Shown piece after piece: positions 27,860-40,912 of a stretch of 64,000 bases of DNA. Source of the stretch: Eledone cirrhosa (lineage: Eukaryota); NCBI GenBank assembly GCA_964016885.1, contig OZ024745.1, positions 53,072,001 to 53,136,000 of the forward strand. Reading direction: 5' to 3'. The notes beneath the pieces were generated by a model. It was not told the DNA's origin. It saw only the letters and a list, made by a program, of their open reading frames with translations, and did no database searches. The position numbers and the translations under genes were made by a program. Numbering within the stretch: the first letter of the stretch is position 1; every line of letters starts with the position of its first letter.

Positions 27860-29020
27860 ATGTATATATATCAAGGGTGTATAAATGACATCATGGGGCC
27901 ATCAATTGACATGAAATATGTTTGATCCTTATATATACATACAAATAAAACAAAATATATATATATGTACATACACATGTGCTCGTTACATGTCATCTTC
28001 ACAAAACACACTCAATTCACGTGATTTGCGAATTATTTCGACAACCTAATTTGGTTTCTATCTATCCAAGGTTCCAAAACATCCACTTCAGATGCACATG
28101 TCCACGAATTCACTTTTTCTTCATATCTTCCTGCAGAAATCGATTTGGAAATGTTCAAATGTAATACAAGACACATTTGCTCACAGACACATAAAAACCA
28201 GGAATACATATGGACATTCAAACATACTTTTTTTTTAATATTTAAGCATTATTTTCTTTTATATTGTATACATTCCTATTTAATCCGACATTATGTGTGC
28301 ATTTGCTCAGAAATATGCTATCAGAAATACGCAAGCTTTTTCTTGATTGGGGTTAAATTATGTTTTTTTTTAAATAAGTATGATATAAAACATCATACCA
28401 AATGTATTTGAGAAATTGTTCCTTTTACTGTCTACACATACAAGTATTTATATATATATTAGATTACATTCTTAATTTTTCAGTGTTAAAATCTTCTGTA
28501 TGTTAGGTCTGTTTATATATTTGTAGTCTATTTTTATCTGTATCTGGCGAAAAACATCCATAAATATATCTAGGCATTCTTTATTATTTTATCGCCTCAC
28601 ATACATCTTCCACAGTGTCATGTAGCTCCCTTTACTGTTGCATGAACAGGCGCTACAATTTCAATACCAACTTAATGCTCGATATTGCTTGCGATCAAGG
28701 TAGTTCAGGATAATGTTGCACGTAGCTACTCGTTTCATGTGTTTGTGTCTTTACGTTTATGTGTGCATGCAGGTTATTCAGGATTTTGTTTATTAATAGT
28801 GGTGGCACCAAATTGAGCAGTCGATGAACACTAGGACGCTGTATTTGTGTGATTTGTTTGTAATTAGAAGATTGTGTATATAATGTATCAGCTTAGGAGG
28901 TTTCGCATGTAAACATATTTTCTTTTAGATTTGTATTTTTTCCACTAAGCATTGTTGGTGAAAATATGCCAGTTTTCATTATGCAACATTCATATGATCA
29001 TATAGAAATGCACTAATAAA

Positions 29021-29091
<71 letters not shown>

Positions 29092-29158
29092 GTGTCAGCA
29101 CATACACGCAAATAGGCACACACACACACTCACCTCACATTTATATATATATATATAT

Positions 29159-29770
29159 ATATGAATGAAAATAGACCGAGAAACGGGACTGTCCATCATC
29201 AGTGGTCTGCTGACTATCATTGGTATTTCTTTGCATTAAAGACAAGATACCTCAAAATCAGTGCGATCAATAACTAAAATAAGTTATTGGGACAGAGCGA
29301 ATTGGATGGGGGAAAGCGGGACAGAAAACAAACAACATAGTAGTAATGCAACATAAAGAGGGGAAAAGAGAGACAAGTCAATGATACTTGTGGACTTAAG
29401 TCCGAACAAATCAATCGACGAGAAGAGGCAGACTCGTCCCAACCACGCGAAAAGTGAGAGAGAGAAGGATTTCACACAGGTCGGACGGAAGGAAGTGAGA
29501 GATGGGGAGTAGCAGAGAGTGAATGAGTGAAGGTGTGAAGAAGAAGAAGCCAACCGAGAGAGTGTGTGACCAGCAGAGGGGGTGAATGAAAGCAAGAGGT
29601 ACAAGGAGAGAGAAGGGGGAGAGAGAAAGCGGATTGCAGTAAGGTAATAGAAAAAAGACAAACCACTGCGAGGAAAAATATGATATATGAATGAAAAAAT
29701 GGCGTGCTGCGTTGTTGCGAGTGTGATACATATGAATGAAAATAGACCGAGAAACGGGACTGTCCATCAT
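29159..29770 (-). mobile_element. Non-coding PLE-derived or retrozyme-like unit with a 41-bp terminal direct repeat, (TA)n-bounded
   Basis: ATATGAATGAAAATAGACCGAGAAACGGGACTGTCCATCAT occurs at 29159-29199 and 29730-29770. The minus strand of the left copy has AGACCA-CUGAUGA-UGGACAGUCC...GGUCU. Confidence 0.65.
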
Positions 29771-29821
29771 ATATATATATACTAGATGTGAGAAAAACCA
29801 CAGACCCTCAATCTCAACTCA

Positions 29822-29859
29822 CCTTTTGAAAAGCAGAAGAACTGCGAAACCGGTAAAGG
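29822..29859 (+). ncRNA. Minimal hammerhead with variant core UUGAAAA, in (TA)n-bounded insert 29781-29932
   Basis: CCUU-UUGAAAA-GCAG-AAGAA-CUGC-GAAA-CCGG-UA-AAGG. All three stems pair perfectly, and AATAAA follows. Confidence 0.8.
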
Positions 29860-29928
29860 AACCAAATAAATATATATATTTTTTTTTAAAATAAGACTCC
29901 AGTTGGATTTTCGATTTCATCTCTTTTT

Positions 29929-30000
<72 letters not shown>

Positions 30001-30003
<3 letters not shown>

Positions 30004-30414
30004 GTAAGAGGTGGGTTTTATTGTAGTACAATAAAGCAATGCAGATATCGGATAAGTAGCACTCTACAGTAGGACTGGAGTATAAATAATATATAAGATC
30101 AAAAGATAGTTAAAAGAGTTTCATCTATTTTATTATGCGTATTTCAAAAGCAAATATCATCATGCGATGACATTTGCGTTTTCGTCAGATAAAATAGGGA
30201 GACATGATATGAAGGTTAAAAAACACTTGTGAATAGTGCAGTTTTAAATCAACATAAGTTGATTTAAAACTGCACTATTCACAAGTGTTTTTTAACCTTC
30301 ATATCATATCTCCCTATTTTATCTGACGAAAACGCAAGTGTCATCGCATGATGAATTTGTTTTTGAAATGCGCATAATAAAATACATGGAACTCTTTTAA
30401 CCATCTTTTGATCT

Positions 30415-30424
<10 letters not shown>
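30001..30424. mobile_element. Fold-back PLE pLTR element, family E
   Basis: Inverted arms of ~165 bp (~30086-30253 and ~30258-30424) around a 4-nt loop ATAA, with a unique extension on the left; (TA)n on both sides. Confidence 0.87.
30315..30384 (+). ncRNA. Type-I hammerhead motif, family E (mirror on - at ~30127-30197)
   Basis: UAUUUUAU-CUGACGA-AAAC-[branched loop]-GUUUUU-GAAA-UGCGCA-UA-AUAAAAUA, with a perfect 8-bp stem I and palindromic stem III. Confidence 0.85.
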
Positions 30425-30479
<55 letters not shown>

Positions 30480-32300
30480 GTGGGGGGGCGCGTCTGTTAA
30501 TGTGTCTGTGTATCAAGATATTCGTAAATAAGTATGACGTGGTATATTTGGTAACGTGTATCTATTTACGATATTTAAATGCTACTACTTCAGTGGTTGC
30601 AATGACATCTTCTCTAAACACTTCTAAATGTTTGATACAAGTGGGATATCATGACACTCAGACGTTTTCGCTTACAGTGTCTCCTAGATTAGTGACGGTA
30701 ATCCCATTTAATCTGCAATGATGTCTCTTGTATTATTACGCATAGAAGCTTTCCTTATAGATAATACAATAGATTTTATTTAGATCAATGTTATGAACTA
30801 AATCTCTGTTAAAAATTAAAACCTCAATGGAATTGCTTCTTTAGAATTGTGCTTTCTTCTCTGTAGGCAAGATAAATAATGTTTATGTAATGCTTTTATG
30901 GGGAAAGATGTATTATGATGGGGAGGATGAGGACGAGAAAGAGCTGGAGGATACTGATGATTGAGATGGTATTACTGTTGACTAGGATGGTGGGGTTATG
31001 GTGATGAGGGTTGTTGTGGGGTGACGTTAGGCTGTTTGTAGGGAGGTCGTGGTAGTGATATAGGGGGTTGGCTTGCTGCAATGGTTGTTGTGCAGGACAA
31101 TGTTCATATTAACGACACTACAGAGATGATAAGGATGTTTATTGTGTCTGTGATGATGATGATGACGATGATGATGATGATACGATTGAGGAGGAAATGG
31201 TGGAGGTAGAGGATGATGACGAAGTCAATGATTATGCTTGATATAATTTAGAAGAGATTAATCGGAATGAAGAAAATTATATTATAAGCTATACGGCTAA
31301 GAAATTCTGCGATAACTTTTAAGTTAGCTTATATATTGGTGATTATGATTATTATATTGATGAGAATGGACGACTATTTTTATGATTCTTATATCCAAAT
31401 GGTCTATGATAGAAATGCTCATTCCAGATGAGAATAGAGATGGAAACAAGGAATGCATCAACCATCCCTTCCGACGTTTCAAGGACATTTTCTACGCATA
31501 ATATTTCTAGCTGGAACCGGCGCCCATGCCCTTAAATTTACTTCAGTTTCTATCAACTTGCAGATTTACCCAGATTCATTTCTCTAACAGCAGATGCTAG
31601 CAGTCTTTATGTTTACACACTTCTCCTTCAGTGCCGCCTTTCCCCGCTTAAATTATATGAAAATATTTCCGGTCTGTCGCTATTTGTGTGTTATCTTTCA
31701 AGACAGGGGAAATCAAGTCTAGCATCTATCAGAAAGCATCTATGGCAGACCATTCAAATTATGAAATCTAGTTAAGGAAAAGTCATGTACCGTCAACCGT
31801 ATCTCAGTGGCCTTTACCTATTTTCCCCACATTCCACCAAATTTTAAGCAGTTTACCGTGTTGTCAACGTAGGTATTACATTTCCTAGTCACCTGTTCCC
31901 GTTAGACCTAGACAGTCAAGAAAATTGAAGATATGAAACCACGAATACATTTCTTATATCAATTTGAAATAATGATTTCTTTATAAATGATAATGATATT
32001 TTTAATATTACCATATTATCATATCTGAAAGGTAAAAAATTGTAGAATAGGGTATAGTCAATTAATCGATTAATCTACTTTACTTCTACTATATTTTATC
32101 GAATCAAGAGGAATTACTGAAAAGGTCGTATTTGGTAGGGAGTTAGAAAATGAGACAAGGATTAATCTATTCACCAGCTTAGTTTAAATATAAACCTACA
32201 CCTGTAAAACCTATATATTTTAAGAGAGTTTGTACTTAAAACACATTTCTCGTTCACTCTTTCCCTCTCGAAACATTCACACATACGCGTATATATATAT

Positions 32301-32512
32301 ATAGGAACGAGTAGGACCCCGACGGCTGAGCTCAAGCCGTTTCGACGGCTAATTCTGGACTAAACTGATTTAGTCCAGAATTAGCCGTCGAAACGGCTTG
32401 AGCTCAGCTGTCGGGGTCCTACTCGTTCCTATTACCCACTCTACTACCCTAAGTATTGAGTACTTTGGTGCGGTATGGTCCATCTGGTTCCTTACTACAT
32501 TTCCTCCGTTTT
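32301..32512. mobile_element. Fold-back PLE pLTR element, family B (second subfamily)
   Basis: Inverted arms of ~63 bp around loop CTGA (CTGGACTAAA-CTGA-TTTAGTCCAG) plus the same tail as 22231-22424. Confidence 0.82.
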
Positions 32513-33016
32513 ATATATATATATATATATATATACACAAACAAAATCATATATATATATATATACACATACATACGTACATATATATATTTGTATATAT
32601 ATATACATACGTATATATATATTTATATATATATATGTGTGTGTGTGTGTGTTTGTGTGTAAACGTATGAAGTATGGATTGTTGTATTTAATGTGTGAAA
32701 ATTGGTGTTTTAACAGCTTTAAGAAATACAATCAATAACGAAGTGTGAAACTATATAGGTGTCTAGAACTGTGTTAAAATTTAAAAAAAAACACAATGCG
32801 AATTGAGTATTTTAGAAAATTCCATGAAACCTAGGTTTGCCACCTTATACAACGTGAGCTAAATCTGACAAAACCAAGCAAAATTGTTTTCTTCCCTACA
32901 TATCGTTTGTATACCTATTAATAGACACATGTATATTTATACGTATATATATATATGCGATATTTTATATTATATATTATACGTATATACGTATATATAT
33001 ATATATACGTATATAC

Positions 33017-33100
<84 letters not shown>

Positions 33101-33974
33101 ATATATATATATAAAATATTAAACAAATAATGAATAAACAATTCCTTATATTAAACAAAAAAAGTTCATTATTTAACGATCGTTTCTAGGATATATATGT
33201 GTTAGAATTGGTATGCATATTCAACAGATCTATGTACAAAATTATACAAAATTATACAAATTATCAAGATTAAATATACATACCAAACACATATATACGC
33301 CGTCTTCAGAAATAATGAAGTATATTTATTGATAATAACAACAATTCAAAATTTCAGTTCAAAATTGACCAATGAAAACACAAAGGGTTAAATGCAGTTC
33401 GGTGTGTGTATATACATGTAAAACCCTTACACATATTTTACAAAAATGTATGTATAATTTGTATACGCACACTAAAAGGATGGATGCAAATACAAAATTT
33501 CAAGGTTAATGTCTCTGTAAGCTTACAATGCGCAGATAAGATGCGTATTGACACTTATGAAGTCAAGTATATAAATATATTTTTTCATACTCACACATAT
33601 CCGTACAATCACACATACACGCGCGTATATGCATAAATATACACATAACCACGAACATACAAACACACACACACCCCCACTCACATTTATATATGTGGAT
33701 ATAAAATCATAAGCACATGGATATTAATTCACTCACATAAAACACTGGCACACACATTTCTAGATCAAGATACAGAAATTAGGTGGGAGGGGGGGGGGAG
33801 GGGTCAGTATTCAACTGTCTGAGCAGACTGCCTAATATAAATGTATCTATAAACTAAGAAAAATAAAAAAATAAAACAATAAAATATAATAAATAAAACA
33901 TTAAAGAGGAAAGAATAGAAAGAAAAACAGAAAAAAGAAAAAAGAAAAAAGAAAAAAGAAATATATCAAGAAAA

Positions 33975-34673
33975 TAAATATATATATATATACACATATA
34001 TACACATACATATATATATATATATATATAGACACATACATATACATATATATATACAAAAACATACATATATATACACATAGACACACACATATCCATA
34101 CATAAATATATACACATATATAAACACATACATACATATACACACATCCACACTAAGAACATACATATACACACATATATAAACATATACATATACACAC
34201 ATACATACATACACACATATACATACAAATACACATACATATATATATACATATATATATATATACATACATATATATATACATATATATATATATATGT
34301 ACATACATGTACATATACACACACATATACATATAATTACACATACTATATAGACACAGATATATATAACCACACACATACATGCACATATACAACACTT
34401 ACATACTAATATACATACAGATATACACATACATAGCTATATATACACACAAATATATACAGACTTACATATATACACATACAGACAAATACTTACGCAT
34501 CTATATATCGGTATATACATACAAACACCACTACACTATCACACAACTTAGAAATACAAAGAGAAAGGTATATACCTATACACGCATACATATACAAATA
34601 GAAAAACATATAGATATATATATATATATATATATATACATACACACACATATACATATAGATATATATATAT

Positions 34674-34723
<50 letters not shown>

Positions 34724-35009
34724 CAAATACACATACATACACATACAGATATATACACATACATACATGTACACACACATAGAAATATTTACGTATACAC
34801 ACATATACACATACATATACAGTCATACACATATTTACGCATACACACATATACACATACATATACAGTCATACACATACATACACCTACACGAACATAC
34901 ACATACACATATATAAAGATATATATATACACACACACACATGCAACACATACACACATACACATATATATAAAAAATAAATAATAAAGATATATACATA
35001 TATATATAT

Positions 35010-35056
<47 letters not shown>

Positions 35057-35131
35057 CACCTAAATATACATACACATACATACACACATACATAGACATA
35101 CATGTACATACATATACGTACATCGATATAC

Positions 35132-35162
<31 letters not shown>

Positions 35163-35591
35163 TAGACATATAGATACATACACACACAACTTACATACAC
35201 ACATATATATACATGTATATTCATACATAGAATTAGATATATAATCATACATACATATGCACTTACTTATACTCATATATACAAATACATACGCATCCAT
35301 ATATGCGTATATACATAAAAAACCACTACAACCTCACCTAACTCAGACATACAAATAAAAATAATAATAAAAAGGCATATGTATATACATACACACACGC
35401 ATTAATAGAGATATATATATACACACATACATACACATATATATATACACATATATACACATATATATATATATATATATACACGCATACACTCATACAT
35501 ATATATATATATATACACATAGATATCCACACACTCATACCACCATAAATACACATACAAACACCCACATATACATATATATACACACACG

Positions 35592-35623
<32 letters not shown>

Positions 35624-35748
35624 TAAAAAACAGACATGCACATATATATATATATTTTTTTACACTTATATATACACATATTATATACACATACACAACC
35701 TCACTTATACACACATACACATAAGTTATATTATAATAATAAAGAATA

Positions 35749-35789
<41 letters not shown>

Positions 35790-35879
35790 CATACATACAT
35801 ACATATACATACATACATATAAACATATACATACATAAATACACACATACGAATATAGACATATATTCACACATAGACA

Positions 35880-35942
<63 letters not shown>

Positions 35943-36150
35943 ATATACACAGACACATATACACACTCACATATATATATGTGTGTGTGTGCACACACAC
36001 ATATATACACACATACACACACATACACATAAACACATACATATGCATACATGCACACACACACACATATATCACATAGATACGAAGATAGACATATAAA
36101 TAGAGAGACATACATATATATATAAAAATAACCACTACCACATACATACA
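33975..36150. repeat. Long degenerate (TA/CA)n low-complexity field, continuing at 39420-39750 after the CR1 insertion
   Basis: About 2.2 kb of mixed TA/CA dinucleotides; source of many spurious ORFs. Confidence 0.95.
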
Positions 36151-36159
36151 TATATAAAA

Positions 36160-39100
36160 ATAACCACTACCACAGTCACCAACAGTCTTCTAAACAGGAA
36201 ACTTCTTCCTCTTTTTTAGCCATAATGAATCTGGCAAAAGAACTGGAAAAAAACATTCGAGCTATCACCCAGCACCACCCTCCACTATCACCCCACTGCA
36301 CAAACTCCCATTGCTGCCATTAACAAACAAACAAATTAACAACACACCAAAACAATTAAAACCATCCACTCTCGCCTCTACATTTTTGCTTAACGCCCAA
36401 GGCATCAGCCCTTCCACCAATACTCAAAAATGGAAGATCAAATTCCTGGAGGACTGGATTGATGTCCATCCAAACCACATCCCTTTCTTCGTCCTCACTG
36501 AAACCCATCTCAGTAACCTCCACTTGGAAGCCGAGGTGAAAGTGAAAAATTTCAAAGCCATCCGTGCTGATCGCGCTGGCAGAAGAAAGGGCGGAACTGC
36601 CATTTATGTCCATAATTCTTTCTCAACAGAGGCTATGAACATATTCACTAATGGATACTGTGAGGCAGTCACTGTATTCAGTCAAACCAACAACCTATTA
36701 GTAGTTGGGCTCTATAGGCCACCCCAAACGCCTGTACCATGCTTCAAGGAATGCCTCAACAGCATAAAGTGTTTCATCCAAGAGTGTCACCCTGACAACA
36801 TCTTAATGATGGGGGACTTCAACCTCCCCGGAGTTGACTGGTCCACAAACACCCTGCCACCAGGTTCTTCTGCCTCAACCTCTGACAGGGAAGCTGTGGA
36901 ATCGCTTCTTGACTTCATGGATGATTTCTTCCTATCCCAACTAGTTCTCGAACCAACGAGGTGCCACAAAAACGTCCTAGACTTAATTTTCAGCAATCAC
37001 ACTGACAATATCCACAATATTGCAGTGGAGAAAACTCTACTCTCTGATCATGACATGGTTCTCTGTGATCTGAGATTCCACCGTCCAATATACAAACCCA
37101 ATGTCATTTCTCCTGTCCATCCGTTTGACGCTATGGATTTCCACAATGCAAACTGGGAAGCGATCAGTCATGATCTTGCACATGTCGACTGGTCCTTCAC
37201 GCACACTCATACACCCACTAACATCAAAAAGTCCTGGCAGACATTTGTGGACACTGTTACAAACATATGTGCTAAACACACCCCATTAAGAACTATAAAC
37301 AAATCTAAGAGCAGAATCCCTAGAAATAGAAAAACACTCATCAGAAAAATTAAGAGAACGAACAAAAAAATCAACAAGCTGAAATACTGTCAGCAGCAAC
37401 ACATCAACTTGACTGCCATTTCATCACTAGAGATTAAAAAACATAACCTCCAAAACAACATAATGTCCCTCATCAACAATCAGAGAAGAGCTGAAGAGGC
37501 CTGGGCCATTGAGAAGATCAAACTCAATCCCAAAGTGTTCTTTTCATTTGCAAAAAAACACAAAATCACTGGCTCTACTGTTGGCCCTCTAATTGATGAA
37601 AATGGCACTCTTCAAGACAATGCTAAAACCATGGGTGAGATACTGCAGAAACAATACTGCTCTGTTTTCAGCAATCCTGATATGGCCGATCTGGGCTGTA
37701 TCGGCGATGTTACTCCCCATTACACCTTATCGGACATAACGTTTGGCGCCCCTGATGTCTTGGCGGCAATAAAGGAAATCAAGCATAATTCAGCAGTAGG
37801 TCCCGATAGGTTCCCTGCTTGTGTCTTGAAGGCGTGTCAACACCAACTTGCTTCTCCTCTTGCCAATCTGTGGCGGAACTCACTGGATGCTGGATATGTG
37901 CCAGAAAACCTTCTATCCCAGTCTGTTGTCCCAGTTTTCAAAAAGGGAAACAAATCCCTTGCCGTGAATTACCGTCCAATCTCACTCACCTCTCATATCA
38001 TTAAGGTATTTGAGCGAGTGGTGAGATCGCGAATGACCCACTTCCTTGAGAGTAACAATATGCTGAACTCCAACCAGCATGGATTCCGTAATGGAAGGGA
38101 TTGCCTGACGCAACTACTGCATCACTTTGATGACATTTTGAGAGCCTTGGGAGAGGGTTCCAACACTGATGTTATCTACCTTGATTTCAGCAAGGCCTTT
38201 GACAGGGTTGATCATAACATTCTACTGAGAAAGCTGTCCAATATTGGTGTCACTGGAAAGCTGCTGCAGTGGATCAAGAGCTTCCTGTCAAACAGAACCC
38301 AACATGTTGTAGTTGAGGGAGTCAAATCAAGCCCAGCCAAAGTCAGTAGTGGAGTCCCACAAGGCACTGTGTTGGGCCCACTTCTCTTCATCATCTATAT
38401 TAATGACATCACTGACATCATCAAACACAGCAACATTAAAATTTTCGCTGATGATTCCAAGCTCCAAAAGGTCATCAATGGCGTGGATGACCGGATAAGC
38501 CTTCAGTCAGACCTACTGGCTGTTACCCAATGGGCAGAAAAGAACAACATGTTACTGAACGAAGACAAATTCGAACTGATCCACTTTGGAAAAGAGGATG
38601 CTCTGAAACTCCCGTACTCCCTTCCCTCCGGGGAAACTCTCGTGGCATCTAACAACATCAGAGACTTGGGAGTAACCGTGGACAGCAACATAAGCTGGAC
38701 CACGCATATAAGCAGCAAAGTTGACATGGCCCGCAGAATGTGTTCCTGGATCCTCAGAACCTTCCAGTCGAGAGATTCCCGCACCATTATCCTTCTCTTC
38801 TCTACTTTCGCCCGACCACACCTTGAATACTGTTGTCCACTGTGGTCTCCCCACACGAAACAAAGTATCATGAAACTTGAAGCTCCTCAAAGGGCAATCA
38901 CGAAAAAGATAGATGGCATGTCAGACCTTGACTACTGGGGTCGATTGGAAAACCTGAAACTTTACTCACTCCAACGTCGCCGTGAGCGTTATATTATCTG
39001 CATGATGTGGAAAATGTTCCATCATCACTGCCCAAATGATGTTGGCATCGCCTTCAAGATACACCCAAGGCTTGGGCCCCGTGCTATCCGTCCCATTCAA

Positions 39101-39419
39101 AAATCTAAATCGCAACTCATAACAACAATACGGCACAATTATTTCACCTCAATCGGCCCTGCTCTCTTCAACATCACACCAGGACACGTCAAAACAGAAA
39201 CTGACCACACAAAATTCAAGAAGTCTTTGGACAAATTCCTCCAAGTAATCCCGGACAAACCACCCACACCCGGATATGTCTCCGCAAACAGTAATTCTCT
39301 TCTCGAATGGGCCATGGTGCCCAAATCCTGAATTGAAAGACTTCGCCAGGTGGTGCTATTAAGTTAGACATGGCCTGGGCCAATACTGGCCAAAACATTT
39401 CAAAGTTATTCAAAGTTAT
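36160..39419 (+). mobile_element. 5'-truncated CR1-type LINE (end of ORF1, complete ORF2, short 3'UTR)
   Basis: Putative ORF1 end (SSSFLAIMNLAKELEK...), ORF2, a 3'UTR hairpin GGCC..GGCC and a tandem tail TTCAAAGTTA x2. Embedded in the TA/CA field. Confidence 0.9.
36311..39331 (+). CDS. CR1-type ORF2: AP endonuclease + reverse transcriptase, uninterrupted 1006 codons (true start uncertain)
   Basis: LNAQG, LTETHL, GGTAIYV, YRPP, GDFNLP, LDL, SDH; GPDRF, YRPISLTS, QHGF, LDFSKAFDRV, SGVPQGTVLGP, FADD, DLGV, PHLEYC, YSLQRRRER. Confidence 0.93.
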   Translation: MLPLTNKQINNTPKQLKPSTLASTFLLNAQGISPSTNTQKWKIKFLEDWIDVHPNHIPFFVLTETHLSNLHLEAEVKVKNFKAIRADRAGRRKGGTAIYVHNSFSTEAMNIFTNGYCEAVTVFSQTNNLLVVGLYRPPQTPVPCFKECLNSIKCFIQECHPDNILMMGDFNLPGVDWSTNTLPPGSSASTSDREAVESLLDFMDDFFLSQLVLEPTRCHKNVLDLIFSNHTDNIHNIAVEKTLLSDHDMVLCDLRFHRPIYKPNVISPVHPFDAMDFHNANWEAISHDLAHVDWSFTHTHTPTNIKKSWQTFVDTVTNICAKHTPLRTINKSKSRIPRNRKTLIRKIKRTNKKINKLKYCQQQHINLTAISSLEIKKHNLQNNIMSLINNQRRAEEAWAIEKIKLNPKVFFSFAKKHKITGSTVGPLIDENGTLQDNAKTMGEILQKQYCSVFSNPDMADLGCIGDVTPHYTLSDITFGAPDVLAAIKEIKHNSAVGPDRFPACVLKACQHQLASPLANLWRNSLDAGYVPENLLSQSVVPVFKKGNKSLAVNYRPISLTSHIIKVFERVVRSRMTHFLESNNMLNSNQHGFRNGRDCLTQLLHHFDDILRALGEGSNTDVIYLDFSKAFDRVDHNILLRKLSNIGVTGKLLQWIKSFLSNRTQHVVVEGVKSSPAKVSSGVPQGTVLGPLLFIIYINDITDIIKHSNIKIFADDSKLQKVINGVDDRISLQSDLLAVTQWAEKNNMLLNEDKFELIHFGKEDALKLPYSLPSGETLVASNNIRDLGVTVDSNISWTTHISSKVDMARRMCSWILRTFQSRDSRTIILLFSTFARPHLEYCCPLWSPHTKQSIMKLEAPQRAITKKIDGMSDLDYWGRLENLKLYSLQRRRERYIICMMWKMFHHHCPNDVGIAFKIHPRLGPRAIRPIQKSKSQLITTIRHNYFTSIGPALFNITPGHVKTETDHTKFKKSLDKFLQVIPDKPPTPGYVSANSNSLLEWAMVPKS

Positions 39420-40350
39420 ATACAACACACATACACACACATACATACACACGCATATACATATACATATATATATATACATATATATATTCCTATATAT
39501 ACATGCATACACATACATACACATATATACACATACATACATATATACGTACACACATTCACATACACATACATATATACATGCATATATACACATATAT
39601 ACATACATACACACACTCATATATACACACACAATCTTACATTCATATTTGCATGCGCATATACGTATTTTTATATTTAGATATAAATACCCAAACCTAT
39701 ATAGACACCTACCTACATATATATTCATACATAGACGCTTACAAATACAGATGATAATAATATGGGGGAAAGGGGGGGTTTGGAAAAGGGGATCAAAGTA
39801 AATATATGTTTCAAGAAACATAGAATATTTTCCGTATCTTTATCCAATGTATGTTCTTACATATTTTCAGTGTTAGGAAATACGACAAACAAGAACTAAG
39901 GCAAAATCTATGCATCTCAAAATAAACAAGTATACCATTAATCATATGTTAACTAAACCAAAGATAGTCAACATATTGATTTCTAAGGTGTAAATTAGTT
40001 AGGTTTATAATATTTGAAGCAGAATTTTGAAGTTAAACAGTAGTAGAGTATTAATTACAGTATAACTAAATTAAAGTTAATAACGTTATGGTATCAATAT
40101 TAGGAAATGAATTTAGTAATAGGGAAAAAAAACACAAATAAAAATATTACATCGGTAGTAGAATATAAATTATAGGTTAACTAAATTAAAAATTATATAT
40201 TTATTTCAATAGTATATGTTAATTAGGTATACAATACATAAAGCAGATATTGTATTTCATCAATAGCATAATATAATTATATGCAAATAGAAATCAAAAT
40301 TAATACGCATACATATACATATACATACACATACATATATACATACATAT

Positions 40351-40393
<43 letters not shown>

Positions 40394-40912
40394 TATATAC
40401 ACATATACATACACACACACATATACACATACACATATACATATACATATCTTTTTCAAAAAATTGCATAGAATATATTAACTAGGTATATATCCAAAAC
40501 ACATCCCATTTTATGATTACATGACATTCTGCAATTCGTCTGTATAAGGATACTAATTTTAAGCAAATTAAAATTAAAATTTTTAGGTTGATTAAAACTA
40601 AAACCAAATAATAAATATATTTCTAAAATGTATATTAATTAGGTCTATAATACTAAAAATTATTTCTCTGTCATTGGATACACGATATTATTTTGTTATA
40701 TTTTATCTGTAAAAGAATTATAATAAAGGGTTTAAATAAATTAAAATTAAACTATAAATTAAATTACTAAGTATATATTAGTAATATTTAAAGGTTTTTC
40801 ACAATTTATGATTACATAATATTTTATATTCTCATCTGTAATAAAATTTTAATTAAATTAAATTTATAGGTTAACTAACATTTAAATTAAATTAATTTCT
40901 AAAATAATGTTA

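Noticed and set aside
30890-31240. Acidic or His-rich reading frames
   Set aside because: Decayed (GAT/GGT)n microsatellite with stops in the relevant frames.
33854-36151. Many overlapping ORFs rich in Y, I, C, V, M and H (also around 5800-6200, 22800-23500 and 46588-47292)
   Set aside because: Translations of TA/CA/GT microsatellites, not genes.
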